Source of the DNA: an uncultured Chloroflexia bacterium
Lineage (GTDB): Bacteria; Chloroflexota; Anaerolineae; Promineifilales; Promineifilaceae
NCBI GenBank assembly: GCA_963736615.1
Contig: CAVTPP010000005.1
Span: 138,473 to 202,472, forward strand
Direction of reading: 5' to 3'
DNA length: 64,000 nucleotides
The notes under the pieces: model-generated
What the model saw: only the letters and a program-made list of their open reading frames with translations
Databases searched by the model: none
What the model was told of the DNA's origin: nothing
Shown: positions 10,438 to 20,823 of the stretch, piece by piece
Numbering within the stretch: the stretch's first letter is position 1
Layout: each line of letters starts with the position of its first letter
Program-made: the position numbers and the translations under genes

Positions 10438-11895
10438 TCACCCACGGTCGAGATTGATCCAGACATTTTTCAGGCGCGTGTAGGCCAATATAGCTTCGGG
10501 CCCGCCCTCGCGGCCAAGACCGCTTAACTTGACGCCCCCGAACGGGACTTCGAACCCGAAGGCGGCTGATCCGTTTATGGTAACGTGTCCCACGTCCAGC
10601 TTGGAAGCCGCCCAATGGGCGGTAGTCAAGTCGTTAGTCCAGATCTCGGCTGAAAGCCCAAAAGAGCTGTCGTTGGCCATGCCAACTGCCTCATCTAGGC
10701 TGTCCACTGGAATAACCGTAATGACTGGGCCAAAAATCTCCTCCCTGACGATACGCATCCCGTTGTGGCAGTCGGCAAAAACTGTTGGAGCAACGAAATA
10801 GCCCCGCTCACCGAAACCTTCCGGCCGGCCACCTCCGGCAATCAGCCGGGCACCCTCTTCTATGCCGAGACTTATATAACTCATTACCTTATCGTAATGT
10901 TTTTTCGACGCTAAAGGGCCAAGGTCAACCCCGGGCTTCGTGCCCGGTCCGGGTTTTAGGCTGTGAACTCGAACGGCTAATCGTTCTAGGAAGGTATCAT
11001 AAAGATCCCGCTGGACGTACCATCGCGAGCGCTGACCGCACGATTGTCCGGCATTCCAGGCCAGCGTTCCCGCTGCGTTGCTCACAGCTCCCTCCAGCTC
11101 CGAAGCATCCTTGACGAATACCAGTGCAGGGCATTTTCCGCCGAGCTCCATGGAGATTACCGGCGTAACATTGCGGGCAGCTGCTTCAAGAACCTTTCGC
11201 CCCGTCTCGACCGAACCAGTAAATACGATACCGCGAACACGGGGATCTTCAAGAAGGACCTCGCCGAGCTCCAAACCGGACCCGGGGATTACGTTAAGCA
11301 CCCCTGCTGGGATGCCTTCTTCTTGAAACAGACTAGCCAAGGCAAGTGTGACGAGGGATATTTCTTCCGCAGGCTTGACTACACAGGTGTTGCCCGCTGC
11401 TAAAGCTGGTGCAATGCTCCGGCAAAAAATGTCTAGGGGATAGTTCCAAGGCGCAATGTGCACCGTAACCCCGAGCGGCTCACGCAGAACATAGTCAAGT
11501 TGCCCTGGCCCGAGATCAACCGTCATCCCCGTTAGCTTATCCGCCAACCCGCCGAAATACTCCAGATAGCGAGCCGCATCCTCGACTTCGGACGAAGCTT
11601 GATGCAGTGGTTTTCCCTGCTCTCTGCTTAAAAGCAGGGCAAGCTCCGAAACATTCCGGCGGATAGCGGCGGCTACAGATACGAGCAAACGACCTCTCTT
11701 GGTGGGAGTCCAAGTCGACCACTCGGCGGAAAGTGCTTTTTGGGCCGCTTCCAACGCCAGACTGGCATCCTCCGCTGTCCCCCAACTCACCTCAGCGAAG
11801 ACTTCCTCCGTCGCGGGGTCTATGACCGGAACCCTTGTGCCGTCCGCTCCTTCATGCCAGACTTTTTCAACAAAACCTTTATAAGATGTATTCAT
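10438..11895 (-). CDS. NAD(P)+ aldehyde dehydrogenase
   Basis: 485 aa with ELGGK and GQSCG (catalytic Cys) motifs. Intact although about 60% GC. Confidence 0.9.
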   Translation of the reverse strand: MNTSYKGFVEKVWHEGADGTRVPVIDPATEEVFAEVSWGTAEDASLALEAAQKALSAEWSTWTPTKRGRLLVSVAAAIRRNVSELALLLSREQGKPLHQASSEVEDAARYLEYFGGLADKLTGMTVDLGPGQLDYVLREPLGVTVHIAPWNYPLDIFCRSIAPALAAGNTCVVKPAEEISLVTLALASLFQEEGIPAGVLNVIPGSGLELGEVLLEDPRVRGIVFTGSVETGRKVLEAAARNVTPVISMELGGKCPALVFVKDASELEGAVSNAAGTLAWNAGQSCGQRSRWYVQRDLYDTFLERLAVRVHSLKPGPGTKPGVDLGPLASKKHYDKVMSYISLGIEEGARLIAGGGRPEGFGERGYFVAPTVFADCHNGMRIVREEIFGPVITVIPVDSLDEAVGMANDSSFGLSAEIWTNDLTTAHWAASKLDVGHVTINGSAAFGFEVPFGGVKLSGLGREGGPEAILAYTRLKNVWINLDRG

Positions 11896-12194
11896 GAATT
11901 AACTTCCTCAATTGGCAATACCGGATTGATAGGAACAGGTAAGATTGTGCACATTGTTCCTATTTGGTTATTTTACATATCCCTTTGAAATGGTATATAT
12001 TTAGCTTGATTGTTCATCAGATATTCTATCTAGGATATGCAAACTTAGCCCTAAAACAGGGTCTTTATTCTAGAAAATTGAAAATTTGTTGATAAGAGAA
12101 TCTAAAAGCAAAAAGAGTTTTCTCACGGCAAACGAACCGCGCGAAAATTCATATTAACAGTGACAATTTCGAAAATATTTTTAAGGAGAATCGC

Positions 12195-13316
12195 ATGTCA
12201 AGACGTTGCCACAAATCGAATCCTGAATCGACTATATCTCGCCGCGATTTTCTACGCGTGGCCGGAGTCAGCGCGGCAGGTCTTATTATTCAAAGCTGCC
12301 AACCCCAAGCACGAATTATTCCTCCCGTCGCTGAGCCGACCAGCAATATTTCGACGCAGGTGGCTGTTAGCCAGGTCAGGACGTATGATCGAGCCACGAT
12401 TGAAGCCCAAATACGCGAACTGATCGAAGGTCTTGGAGGATTGGGCGATATAGTAAAGCCGGGCGACAGTGTAGCGATCAAGACGAATCTGACCGGTGGT
12501 GTTGATTCTGGGAGTTTGCGAGGCGTCGAGCCAGTTGACAGCTTTGTGACCCACCCAGAAGTTATCCGGGCCCTGACCAAAGCGGTGAAAGCGGCTGGAG
12601 CGGCCGAGATTTTCATCGTTGAAGCTGTTTACGAGTGGGAATCTTATCGCCAGTGGGGTTATGAAGATATCGCCGAGGATACCGGTGCTATCCTGATCGA
12701 TCTGAATGATTCCAAGCCATACAATGATTTCCACGACGCTTCAGTCGGCGCAGATAAATTTGTCTATGATTCTTTTATTTTCAATCCAATCATCAACGAG
12801 GTCGATGTTTTTATGTCAGTTGCCAAGATGAAGAATCATTACCTGGCGGGCGTCACTCATACGATGAAGAACCTCTATGGTTTGGTTCCCTATCGCTATT
12901 ATCGCCTGGGCGAAAATGATGAATATCGATCGGGTTTCCATGGCGTAGGAGAAGAGACACGGAGCCGCCTGCCGCGGATTATTGCCGATCTAAACCGGGC
13001 TCGCCCGATCAACTTTAGCTTGATTGATGGCATCAAGACCACACAAGGTGGTGAAGGGCCTTGGATAAACACGCTCGCTCCAATTGAGCCGGGCCTACTC
13101 GTCGCCGGCAAAAATTGTGTGGCCACCGATACAATTGCTACCGCTCTCATGGGTCATGATCCAACTGAAGAGTATCCCAATGCCCCCTACTTACGCTGCG
13201 ATAACCATTTGAACATCGCCGCGGCATTAGGGCTGGGTACTAACCGGTTAGAGGATATCGAAATTGTCGGGCAACCCATCGAAACGGTGAAAACGACGTT
13301 CTCTCCGGCCTGGTAG
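12195..13316 (+). CDS. DUF362-domain protein with twin-arginine (TAT) signal
   Basis: N-terminus SRRDFLRVAGVSAAGLIIQSC. AGGAG RBS. 373 aa. Confidence 0.7.
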   Translation: MSRRCHKSNPESTISRRDFLRVAGVSAAGLIIQSCQPQARIIPPVAEPTSNISTQVAVSQVRTYDRATIEAQIRELIEGLGGLGDIVKPGDSVAIKTNLTGGVDSGSLRGVEPVDSFVTHPEVIRALTKAVKAAGAAEIFIVEAVYEWESYRQWGYEDIAEDTGAILIDLNDSKPYNDFHDASVGADKFVYDSFIFNPIINEVDVFMSVAKMKNHYLAGVTHTMKNLYGLVPYRYYRLGENDEYRSGFHGVGEETRSRLPRIIADLNRARPINFSLIDGIKTTQGGEGPWINTLAPIEPGLLVAGKNCVATDTIATALMGHDPTEEYPNAPYLRCDNHLNIAAALGLGTNRLEDIEIVGQPIETVKTTFSPAW

Positions 13317-13491
13317 TCTATTCGGGGTAGAAAATGACCTGAACCCTGCAATAACCCCATCTAGATAGAATTCACCATCGTTCTTTTTTGGTTAAATCGG
13401 TGGGCTCTGGCCGAAATCAGGCGAGCCCATATTTAGCTATCTCACTGTACTTGCCGTGTAAAGACGGTATTTGGGCACTTGGGAGATTCAG

Positions 13492-14466
13492 ATGCCAAAA
13501 GCAAACCACCACCAAATTGATCGTGTTGTCGAAAAAGTTAAATATGCCATGCTGGCGATGCAGCGGTATTCTTGGGAACAAGGTGTTGCCGCGCAGGCAT
13601 TGCTGGAACTTGGCGAAACGGATTTCGTCGTTTTGTTGGCCAGGGAGGCTGTGCTTCGCCAGCGTGAGGACGGCCGCCTGGGCGTAATGGGCTCAAACGA
13701 TGCCGTCACTGACCCTGCCGCCAATGGTGAGGCAGTGTTATACGCAGCGAACTTTACCGGTGACCAATCGCTTCAGTCAGCGGCTGATCGAATGCTGGGC
13801 TATTTGTTGAATCAGGCTCCTAAGACAAGCAGCGGCACGCTCCATCACATTGTGACCAAGCCCCAAGTGTGGATTGATTCGATGTATATGGCCCCTCCAT
13901 TTTTGGCTGCAGCCGGGTATTTTGAGGAAGCGGTTAAGCAAATCGAAGGGATGAGAGAACTATTGTGGCTGCCGGAGAAACAACTCTTTGCGCATATTTG
14001 GGATGATGGAGAGCAAGCGTTCGAACGCATAGCATGTTGGGGAGTGGGAAATGGCTGGGCTGCTGCGGGGATGACGCGTGTGATTCGTATGCTGCCAACT
14101 GAGATGATGGCTGAAAAGCAGCGGCTCGTGGACTACGTCAAAGCTGTGCTGGATGGTTGTCTAGGTCATCAAAGGGATGATGGTTTGTTTCACGATGTCG
14201 TAGATGATCCGTCGTCGTTTGTAGAAACCAACCTCTCACAGATGTTAGCCTATACTATCTATCGAGGCATTTCAGGCGGATGGCTAAGTAAAGCTTATCT
14301 TGACATCGCTGACCATATGCGCCAGGCTGCACATGTCAAGGTGGATGATAATGGCCTGGTGCAAGATGTATGCGGTGCGCCACATTTTGATCGCCCGGGC
14401 ACCGCTTCGGAAGGGCAGGCATTTTTCTTGTTGATGGAAGCAGCATATAGAGATTATCATTCCTGA
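13492..14466 (+). CDS. GH105-like unsaturated rhamnogalacturonyl/uronyl hydrolase
   Basis: WIDSMYMAPPFLA and GNGWAAAGM motifs. ATG at 13492 with a GGGAGA RBS; the ORF is open from TTG 13471. Confidence 0.75.
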   Translation: MPKANHHQIDRVVEKVKYAMLAMQRYSWEQGVAAQALLELGETDFVVLLAREAVLRQREDGRLGVMGSNDAVTDPAANGEAVLYAANFTGDQSLQSAADRMLGYLLNQAPKTSSGTLHHIVTKPQVWIDSMYMAPPFLAAAGYFEEAVKQIEGMRELLWLPEKQLFAHIWDDGEQAFERIACWGVGNGWAAAGMTRVIRMLPTEMMAEKQRLVDYVKAVLDGCLGHQRDDGLFHDVVDDPSSFVETNLSQMLAYTIYRGISGGWLSKAYLDIADHMRQAAHVKVDDNGLVQDVCGAPHFDRPGTASEGQAFFLLMEAAYRDYHS

Positions 14467-14484
14467 GAAAACAGCGAGGAGAAA

Positions 14485-15534
14485 ATGAACAATATTCAAA
14501 AACTTAGTACCGCATCGAAGAGAGCCTTGACCTACATAAAAGGGCCGGAATGGTTTGCTGAATTTAGGGAAGCTGATCTACTCGGTGACTTCTCCTACGA
14601 AAAGGGTGTCATCAGGAGAGATCCCAGCGCTGTGCATAAGATTGATGACACCTATTACGTTTGGTATACAAAAGGTGTCGGTGAAACAGCTGGATTTGGT
14701 TCTGGTGATCCAGCCAAAAAAGTGTTCCCATGGGACTTAACCGAAGTTTGGTATGCTACGTCTGTTGATGGTTGGGTTTGGGAGGAACAAGGTCTGGCTG
14801 TGGGTAGAGGCCAAGCCGGCGCCTATGACGACCGAGCCGTTTTTACACCTGAAATCTTTATCCATAAAGGTAAATATTACTTGGTGTACCAGGTTGTTAA
14901 GGCCCCCTATGTTGTGCGTGTCAAGAATAATATCGGCATGGCTATCTCCACATCACCGGAGGGGCCCTGGAAAAAACTTCCTGAACCTATCTTAAAACCG
15001 GCCGATAACGGGATATGGTTGGGTGATGAAGATGATCGTTTTTCGGTCATTAAAAAAGGTGATTTTGACAGCCACAAAGTGCACGATCCCTGCCTGATGT
15101 ATTATCGGGATAAGTTCTACCTATACTATAAGGGAGAACGTATGGGTGAAGAGATGACCTTTGGCGGTCGAGAGATCAAATGGGGCGTGGCTATCGCAGA
15201 CAATCCAGAAGGGCCATACCTCAAATCAGAATATAATCCTGTGACCAATAGTGGTCATGAGGTTTGTATCTGGCAGTACCAAGGGGGGATTGCGGCCGTA
15301 TTAAGTACTGATGGCCCTGAAAAGAACACGATCCAGTATGCACAGGATGGCATAAACTTTGAGATCACGGCCGTCATCAAGAGGGCTCCTGAGGCGATGG
15401 GCCTTTTCCGGCCTGCAAATACGGATGACCATCCCCTTGATGGTATTCGTTGGGGTTTATGCCATAGATATGACAGTGAGGGGCATTGGCAATATATCCG
15501 CCGCTTTGAGACGTATTTCCCCCATAGGATATAA
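14485..15534 (+). CDS. GH117-like (GH43-related five-bladed beta-propeller) glycoside hydrolase
   Basis: 349 aa. N-terminus [39 protein letters not shown], then [11 protein letters not shown]...YYKGE and GHEVC blades. The assignment rests on remembered similarity to alpha-neoagarobiose hydrolases, not on a search. Confidence 0.55.
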   Translation: MNNIQKLSTASKRALTYIKGPEWFAEFREADLLGDFSYEKGVIRRDPSAVHKIDDTYYVWYTKGVGETAGFGSGDPAKKVFPWDLTEVWYATSVDGWVWEEQGLAVGRGQAGAYDDRAVFTPEIFIHKGKYYLVYQVVKAPYVVRVKNNIGMAISTSPEGPWKKLPEPILKPADNGIWLGDEDDRFSVIKKGDFDSHKVHDPCLMYYRDKFYLYYKGERMGEEMTFGGREIKWGVAIADNPEGPYLKSEYNPVTNSGHEVCIWQYQGGIAAVLSTDGPEKNTIQYAQDGINFEITAVIKRAPEAMGLFRPANTDDHPLDGIRWGLCHRYDSEGHWQYIRRFETYFPHRI

Positions 15535-15618
15535 GTAACAAGAATGAGCCTAGCCCAAATATCAATGTGGACGGCCGTTGCGTTCAAGAATGATATGTGA
15601 TGGTTATAATTAACCGCT

Positions 15619-17025
15619 CTAATTCTTCATTGAAATTTTGAACACAAAGGCATGTTCTCCAATCGGCTGAGCCGGTAAAGAGATTGTTAGCCCATCTTCA
15701 CCTTGTGACCAGGAAAGAGCACTATCGTCACCGGCCAACAACGTGATATTTTTGATGTTTTCAGCTATAAGTGGGGAATTTGTACTAAGTGATTGAATCG
15801 TAATCTGCTCTCCTGGCCAACCAAGGGGAATGGCGTAAAGCGCATTCCCCTTTTGGGTGAACCGAATATCCTTGGCAGTGAAAGGCTGATCGTCTTGTTC
15901 TTTGAGATTGCCTTCCCCAATCTTTGCCGGACCCTCGCCGTAAACGTGCCATGGTCGCGTGTCATAAATCGCTTCGCCATTGATTTGAAGCCATTGGCCC
16001 AAACCAAGCAACAAGCTGGCTGCTTCCTCGGGGATAGTACCGTCCGGGCGGGGACCTACGTTAAGTAACAGATTGCCGTTTTTGCTTACAATGTCTACTA
16101 AGTCATGGATGATGACGGCAGTTGGTTTGAACTCGTCATTTTCTATGTAGCTCCAAGATTTGTAGCTGACGGATGTATCAGTTTGCCAATAGTCTTCACG
16201 AAGATGATCAAGTTTCCCCCGCTCGACGTCAAGGACAGCGACCCCGTCTGGGAATTTGTCTTTATATTGAAGGACAACCTCTCTGCCCCATTTCAAGGCC
16301 TCATTGTAATAATAAGCGGCAACTCGAGGACGATAGGGCATAAATTCATCTTCGTGCCAGCCGAAATCAAACCAAAGCACATCAGGCTCGAATTTGTTTA
16401 TCAGTTCTTTGGTTCTGGTAAACCAATCCTTTAGCCATTCTTGGGGTGCAGGTTCATCTTCAAGGTGTGGGGGACTGTATAGCTGAATGTTTTCTGGGTC
16501 AGTGGTATCAAAATCGTCAGCATATGTGTAGAAGCGCCAGTTAAAGGCTCGATGGGAGGACACGCCAAATTTTAAACCAGCGGCCCTCGTAGTCCTTGCC
16601 AACTCGGTAACAATGTCTCGTTTCGGCCCCATCTTTGCCGCATTCCAGGGTGTATAGTCAGTATCATACATGGGAAAACCATCATGATGTTCCGCTACAG
16701 GCACAATGTAGCGTGCCCCAGCGGCTTTGAACAAATCCACCCAGGCGAGCGGGTCCCATTTCTCGCCCTTAAACATTGGAATAAAGTCTTTATAGCCGAA
16801 GGCCCCGGGATGACCATAAGTCTTAAGGTGATGCTGGAAGTAGTTGATTCCTCGTTCGGAGATTTCGTCACGGTACATGAATCGAGGGTACCATTCGTTA
16901 TCAAAAGCCGGGACTGAATACACACCCCAATGGATGAAAATACCTAACTTATCATCCTTAAACCAGTCAGGTACCTGGTATTTTTTTAATGAATCCCAAT
17001 TGGGTTGGTACATTGGTATCCCCAC
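15619..17025 (-). CDS. GH29 alpha-L-fucosidase
   Basis: YQPNWDSLKKYQVPDWFKDDKLGIFIHWGVYSVPAF is a classic GH29 N-terminus. 468 aa. GTG start at 17025 or ATG at 17013. Confidence 0.9.
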   Translation of the reverse strand: MGIPMYQPNWDSLKKYQVPDWFKDDKLGIFIHWGVYSVPAFDNEWYPRFMYRDEISERGINYFQHHLKTYGHPGAFGYKDFIPMFKGEKWDPLAWVDLFKAAGARYIVPVAEHHDGFPMYDTDYTPWNAAKMGPKRDIVTELARTTRAAGLKFGVSSHRAFNWRFYTYADDFDTTDPENIQLYSPPHLEDEPAPQEWLKDWFTRTKELINKFEPDVLWFDFGWHEDEFMPYRPRVAAYYYNEALKWGREVVLQYKDKFPDGVAVLDVERGKLDHLREDYWQTDTSVSYKSWSYIENDEFKPTAVIIHDLVDIVSKNGNLLLNVGPRPDGTIPEEAASLLLGLGQWLQINGEAIYDTRPWHVYGEGPAKIGEGNLKEQDDQPFTAKDIRFTQKGNALYAIPLGWPGEQITIQSLSTNSPLIAENIKNITLLAGDDSALSWSQGEDGLTISLPAQPIGEHAFVFKISMKN

Positions 17026-17030
17026 ATTTT

Positions 17031-17801
17031 TTAGCGACCCATCCAGCCGCCATCCACAGTCAGGATTTCGCCGTTAACATAATCCGAGGCGTTTGAAGCA
17101 AGAAACACGATGGGGCCTTTGAAATCCTCTGGATTTCCCCAGCGGCCGCTCGGAATGCGCTCAAGGATGGCTTTGTATCGCACGGGATCATTTCGAAGAG
17201 CTTCGGTGTTGTCCGTGACGATGTATCCGGGCGCAATTGCATTCACCTGGACTCCCAATCCTGCCCATTCGTTTGCCAGTGCTTTGGTAAGTCCAGCGAT
17301 GCCATGTTTCGATGATGTATATCCTGGAACTGTAATTCCACCCTGGAAAGTCAACAGAGATGCTGTGAAGATGATCTTGCCTTGACCCTGAGCAATCATC
17401 ATTTGACCAATCTCACGGCTGAGGACGAACTGGGCATTCAAATTCACCTCGATGATAGTATCCCAATATTCGTCTGGATGTTCAGCGGCGGGTTTTCGTA
17501 AAATAGTACCCGCATTATTGACTAATATATCAATTTCTGGGAAATCGGAACGAACCTGATTAATAAAAGCGTATAGAGCCTTTCGATCAGAAAAGTCGCA
17601 CTGGTAGGCACTGAAGTTTCGACCCAAGGCCTTGATTTCTTGCTCAATAATGCTGTTTTCAAGCTCTAAAGTGGCGCTGACGCCAATAATATCAGCTCCA
17701 GCTTCAGCAAGGGCCAAGGCCATCGCCTTGCCAATACCGCGTTTGCAGCCAGTTACCAAGGCAGTTTTGCCATTAAGTTTAAATAATTCGTGTATAGACA
17801 T
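17031..17801 (-). CDS. kduD: 2-dehydro-3-deoxy-D-gluconate 5-dehydrogenase-like SDR
   Basis: TGCKRGIG, YTSSK and NAIAPGYIVTDNT...IPSGRWG...FLASNASDYVNG...VDGGW. Collinear with E. coli KduD as remembered. Confidence 0.85.
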   Translation of the reverse strand: MSIHELFKLNGKTALVTGCKRGIGKAMALALAEAGADIIGVSATLELENSIIEQEIKALGRNFSAYQCDFSDRKALYAFINQVRSDFPEIDILVNNAGTILRKPAAEHPDEYWDTIIEVNLNAQFVLSREIGQMMIAQGQGKIIFTASLLTFQGGITVPGYTSSKHGIAGLTKALANEWAGLGVQVNAIAPGYIVTDNTEALRNDPVRYKAILERIPSGRWGNPEDFKGPIVFLASNASDYVNGEILTVDGGWMGR

Positions 17802-17802
17802 G

Positions 17803-18816
17803 TTAAACCTCTAGTAATATTTTCATTACGGAGCCGCCTTGCTCCATCTCTTCAAAACCGGCCTTTAGGTCTGCTAATGGGCGAACGGTGGTGATAAGTC
17901 TACCTAAAGGGAGTTTGCCCGAGGCCGCCAGCTTGATGGCCCGGTCAAAATCCTGGGACTCGTAAACGCGGACGCCAATCATTCTCAGCTCACGCCAGAA
18001 AAAACGAAATAAATCGACCTCTTGCGGTTGACCGAAAATGGCAACAATCACAGCAAGGCCCCGTGTGCGTAACAAATCAGTCATCACTGTGGCTCCGGCC
18101 GCTGATCCCGACACCTCGAAAACAACATCAGCACCCGCCCCATTTGTTTGGGCTAAAACATGATCTAAGAGTGCCATTTCCTTTGGGTTAATTGCATCAA
18201 AGCCCAAGGAGTGGGCCAATTCAACACGGTAGGGGTTGATTTCCGACAGCGTAACTTTTGCGCCTGCTTCTTTGGCTACCATGGCAATTAACATGCCGAT
18301 AGGCCCGCCTCCAAGAACGACTACATAATCATCGGCTTTCACCTCGGCAAGCCGCACGTCGTGGCAGGCAACTGCCATTGGTTCAATCAATGCGCCGTGA
18401 ATTAACGAAAGGCTGTCAGGTAGATGGTGTAAGGTATGGGCCGGAACCGTCCAATAGCTTTGAAAAGCGCCGGGGGTATCAATTCCCAAAAACTTAAGAT
18501 TGTGACAAATGTGAGAATGCCCTGCCTGGCAGGCAGGGCAATGCCCACAGGGATCTAACGGCATGACTGTGACCCGATCCCCTACCTGAAACCCTTCTAC
18601 GCCCGCACCTAAAGTGTGAACAACACCCGACATCTCATGCCCCATAATCTGAGGCATCGCCACGCGGGCGTCCATCACACCATGAAAGATGTGCAAATCG
18701 GTGCCGCAGATTCCACTGTGAGATACCTTGAGTTGTACTTCACCTGGCTTGGGCGGCACAGGATCACAAGTGCCTATTGAGATGCGGCGATTACCTTCAT
18801 AGTACGCTGCGTTCAT
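17803..18816 (-). CDS. Zn-dependent medium-chain alcohol/polyol dehydrogenase
   Basis: GHEMSG, structural-Zn CGHCPACQAGHSHIC and GGGPIG motifs. A 1-nt gap separates it from kduD. Confidence 0.85.
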   Translation of the reverse strand: MNAAYYEGNRRISIGTCDPVPPKPGEVQLKVSHSGICGTDLHIFHGVMDARVAMPQIMGHEMSGVVHTLGAGVEGFQVGDRVTVMPLDPCGHCPACQAGHSHICHNLKFLGIDTPGAFQSYWTVPAHTLHHLPDSLSLIHGALIEPMAVACHDVRLAEVKADDYVVVLGGGPIGMLIAMVAKEAGAKVTLSEINPYRVELAHSLGFDAINPKEMALLDHVLAQTNGAGADVVFEVSGSAAGATVMTDLLRTRGLAVIVAIFGQPQEVDLFRFFWRELRMIGVRVYESQDFDRAIKLAASGKLPLGRLITTVRPLADLKAGFEEMEQGGSVMKILLEV

Positions 18817-18824
18817 ATTTCCTC

Positions 18825-19436
18825 CTACTGGATATTTGCTTTGAGGGCTTTCATCGCTCCGGCCTTATCCCCACTGCGAATGGCGTCAAGAATGCGTTTA
18901 TGTTCGTAGAAGCTATCCATTAGTTCATCGCCAAAGCGACTATAACGGATTGACATACGCAGAGCGATGGGCTGCCACAGACCGATATAGTCGCCATTTT
19001 CGGTGCTTTCAATAAGGGCTTTATGAAAGCGCAGGTCATGTGCTACCAACATGTATTCGTCGCCCTTTCCACAGGCATCTTTGATATCTGTTAATATTCC
19101 TTCTAAATTGACGATATCATCATCATTTATTTGGTCAAAGAAATGGTCCAAGACATAGAGTTCAATCGTTTGTCTAAGTTCTATGATTAGCGAGCGCATC
19201 GAAGGCGAGGGTTGCTGCGCGACCCGCACCCCTTTATTCGGCGTAGAGATGAGTAAACCTTGCTGCGTCAACTGGCGAAACACCTCGCGGACAGGGCCAC
19301 GGCTTACGCCAAACCTTTCTGATATCTCTTGTTCACGCAAGGCCTGATCGGGTTCCAATCTACCCGAGAGGATATCGAGGCGCAGATACTCTGCAATTTG
19401 ACCCTGCATTGTACGAATTTCGTCGGTAGAAGTCAT
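18825..19436 (-). CDS. GntR-family regulator, FadR subfamily (FCD domain)
   Basis: HTH segment ISERFGVSRGPVREVFRQLTQQGLL followed by a helical C-terminal domain. 203 aa. Confidence 0.85.
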   Translation of the reverse strand: MTSTDEIRTMQGQIAEYLRLDILSGRLEPDQALREQEISERFGVSRGPVREVFRQLTQQGLLISTPNKGVRVAQQPSPSMRSLIIELRQTIELYVLDHFFDQINDDDIVNLEGILTDIKDACGKGDEYMLVAHDLRFHKALIESTENGDYIGLWQPIALRMSIRYSRFGDELMDSFYEHKRILDAIRSGDKAGAMKALKANIQ

Positions 19437-19500
19437 GATTAGTTCCGCATTTTTATGTGCTTCATTCCTTTTTTACTTACACGATCATAATGGAGGATTT

Positions 19501-19577
19501 GTAGATTGTCAACAATTTACATTTGACAATTTACAATTTAATTCTTATATTAGGCGATGGTAGATTGTATTCAATTT
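19501..19577. promoter_or_regulatory. two 18-nt direct repeats GTAGATTGTNNNCAATTT in the divergent promoter region (candidate operator)
   Basis: Copies at 19501-19518 and 19560-19577, identical at 15 of 18 positions. They lie between the GntR gene (-) and the dehydratase/AOR/eda/kdgK operon (+). Confidence 0.4.
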
Positions 19578-19677
19578 GATCGATTGTGGTCTATTTACGT
19601 AGAAAAGACCCAACTAATAATTATTGGCGTTTGTGTTTCACTTCCATAACTAATATTGGCTAAACGAGAATCCAACC

Positions 19678-20769
19678 ATGATCATTACCGACCTGGAAAC
19701 CAAGCATTTTTATCTTCCGTTGCGCACTCACATGACTGATTCGACTCATGGCGAAATGACTCATTTTGAAGTGATCATGGTCAGGATTGAAACAGATGAG
19801 GGGATCGACGGTCTTGGTTATACCTATACCATAGGCCAAGGTGGGGCAGCTATACGATCTTTAATTGACCAAGCATTAAAACCCCTGTTGTTGAATGCAA
19901 ATGCGCGAAGAATCGAACAATTATGGGACGAGATGTGGTGGCGTTTACACTATATCGGTCGGGGCGGCCTGGTTTCTTTTGCTATTTCCGCAGTAGATAT
20001 TGCTCTCTGGGATCTGATCGGCCGTAAGGAGGGGGTGTCCCTTTGGCAGTTACTTGGAGGCCACTCAAATTCCGTCAAGCCATATGCCGGTGGGATTGAT
20101 CTTCATCTCACTCTTGACGAGCTTCTCGAGCAAACTGAAGACAATTTAGCCGAAGGTTTCCGGGCTATTAAGATGAAGGTTGGTCAGCCCCACCTTCGGG
20201 AAGACATCGAGCGTGCAAAGGCCGTTAGAGAACTGGTTGGACCAGATATTGTCTTGATGGTCGATGCCAACATGCGCTGGGATGTTCCCACGGCAATCCA
20301 AGCGGCCCGCCAACTGCGCGATTACGACATCTTTTGGCTTGAAGAACCGATCATTCCGGATGATGTTCATGGCCATGCTCGAATTGCTCAAGAGGGTGGG
20401 CTGCCCATCGCCACCGGTGAAAACCTGCACACCATTTACGAATTTAAGAACATGATTCAACACGGCCGAATCGCTTATCCGGAACCTGATGTTTCCAATA
20501 TTGGTGGTATTACCAATTGGATGCGCGTGGCTAAATTGGCCTATGCCAACAACTTGCCGGTAACGACGCATGGCGTTCATGAACTTCATCTTCATCTTTT
20601 GGCCGCAATACCAAACGCCTCTTATTTGGAAGTACATAGTTTCGGGTTGGAACGATTTATCATTAATCCCCCAGCTATTATTGAAGGTGTGATGGCTGCT
20701 GCGGATGAACCTGGTCATGGTGTAAAATTCGACTGGCAATCACTCGCCGAGTTCAGCATTAATTCTTGA
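19678..20769 (+). CDS. enolase-superfamily (mandelate racemase/muconate lactonizing) sugar-acid dehydratase or cycloisomerase
   Basis: Metal-ligand motifs MVDANMRWD, WLEEP and ATGENL. 363 aa. Confidence 0.85.
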   Translation: MIITDLETKHFYLPLRTHMTDSTHGEMTHFEVIMVRIETDEGIDGLGYTYTIGQGGAAIRSLIDQALKPLLLNANARRIEQLWDEMWWRLHYIGRGGLVSFAISAVDIALWDLIGRKEGVSLWQLLGGHSNSVKPYAGGIDLHLTLDELLEQTEDNLAEGFRAIKMKVGQPHLREDIERAKAVRELVGPDIVLMVDANMRWDVPTAIQAARQLRDYDIFWLEEPIIPDDVHGHARIAQEGGLPIATGENLHTIYEFKNMIQHGRIAYPEPDVSNIGGITNWMRVAKLAYANNLPVTTHGVHELHLHLLAAIPNASYLEVHSFGLERFIINPPAIIEGVMAAADEPGHGVKFDWQSLAEFSINS

Positions 20770-20823
20770 TGTTACGTTTTTTTATAGCATAAGGATCCTT
20801 CAATCCCGTAAGGAGATAATCAA

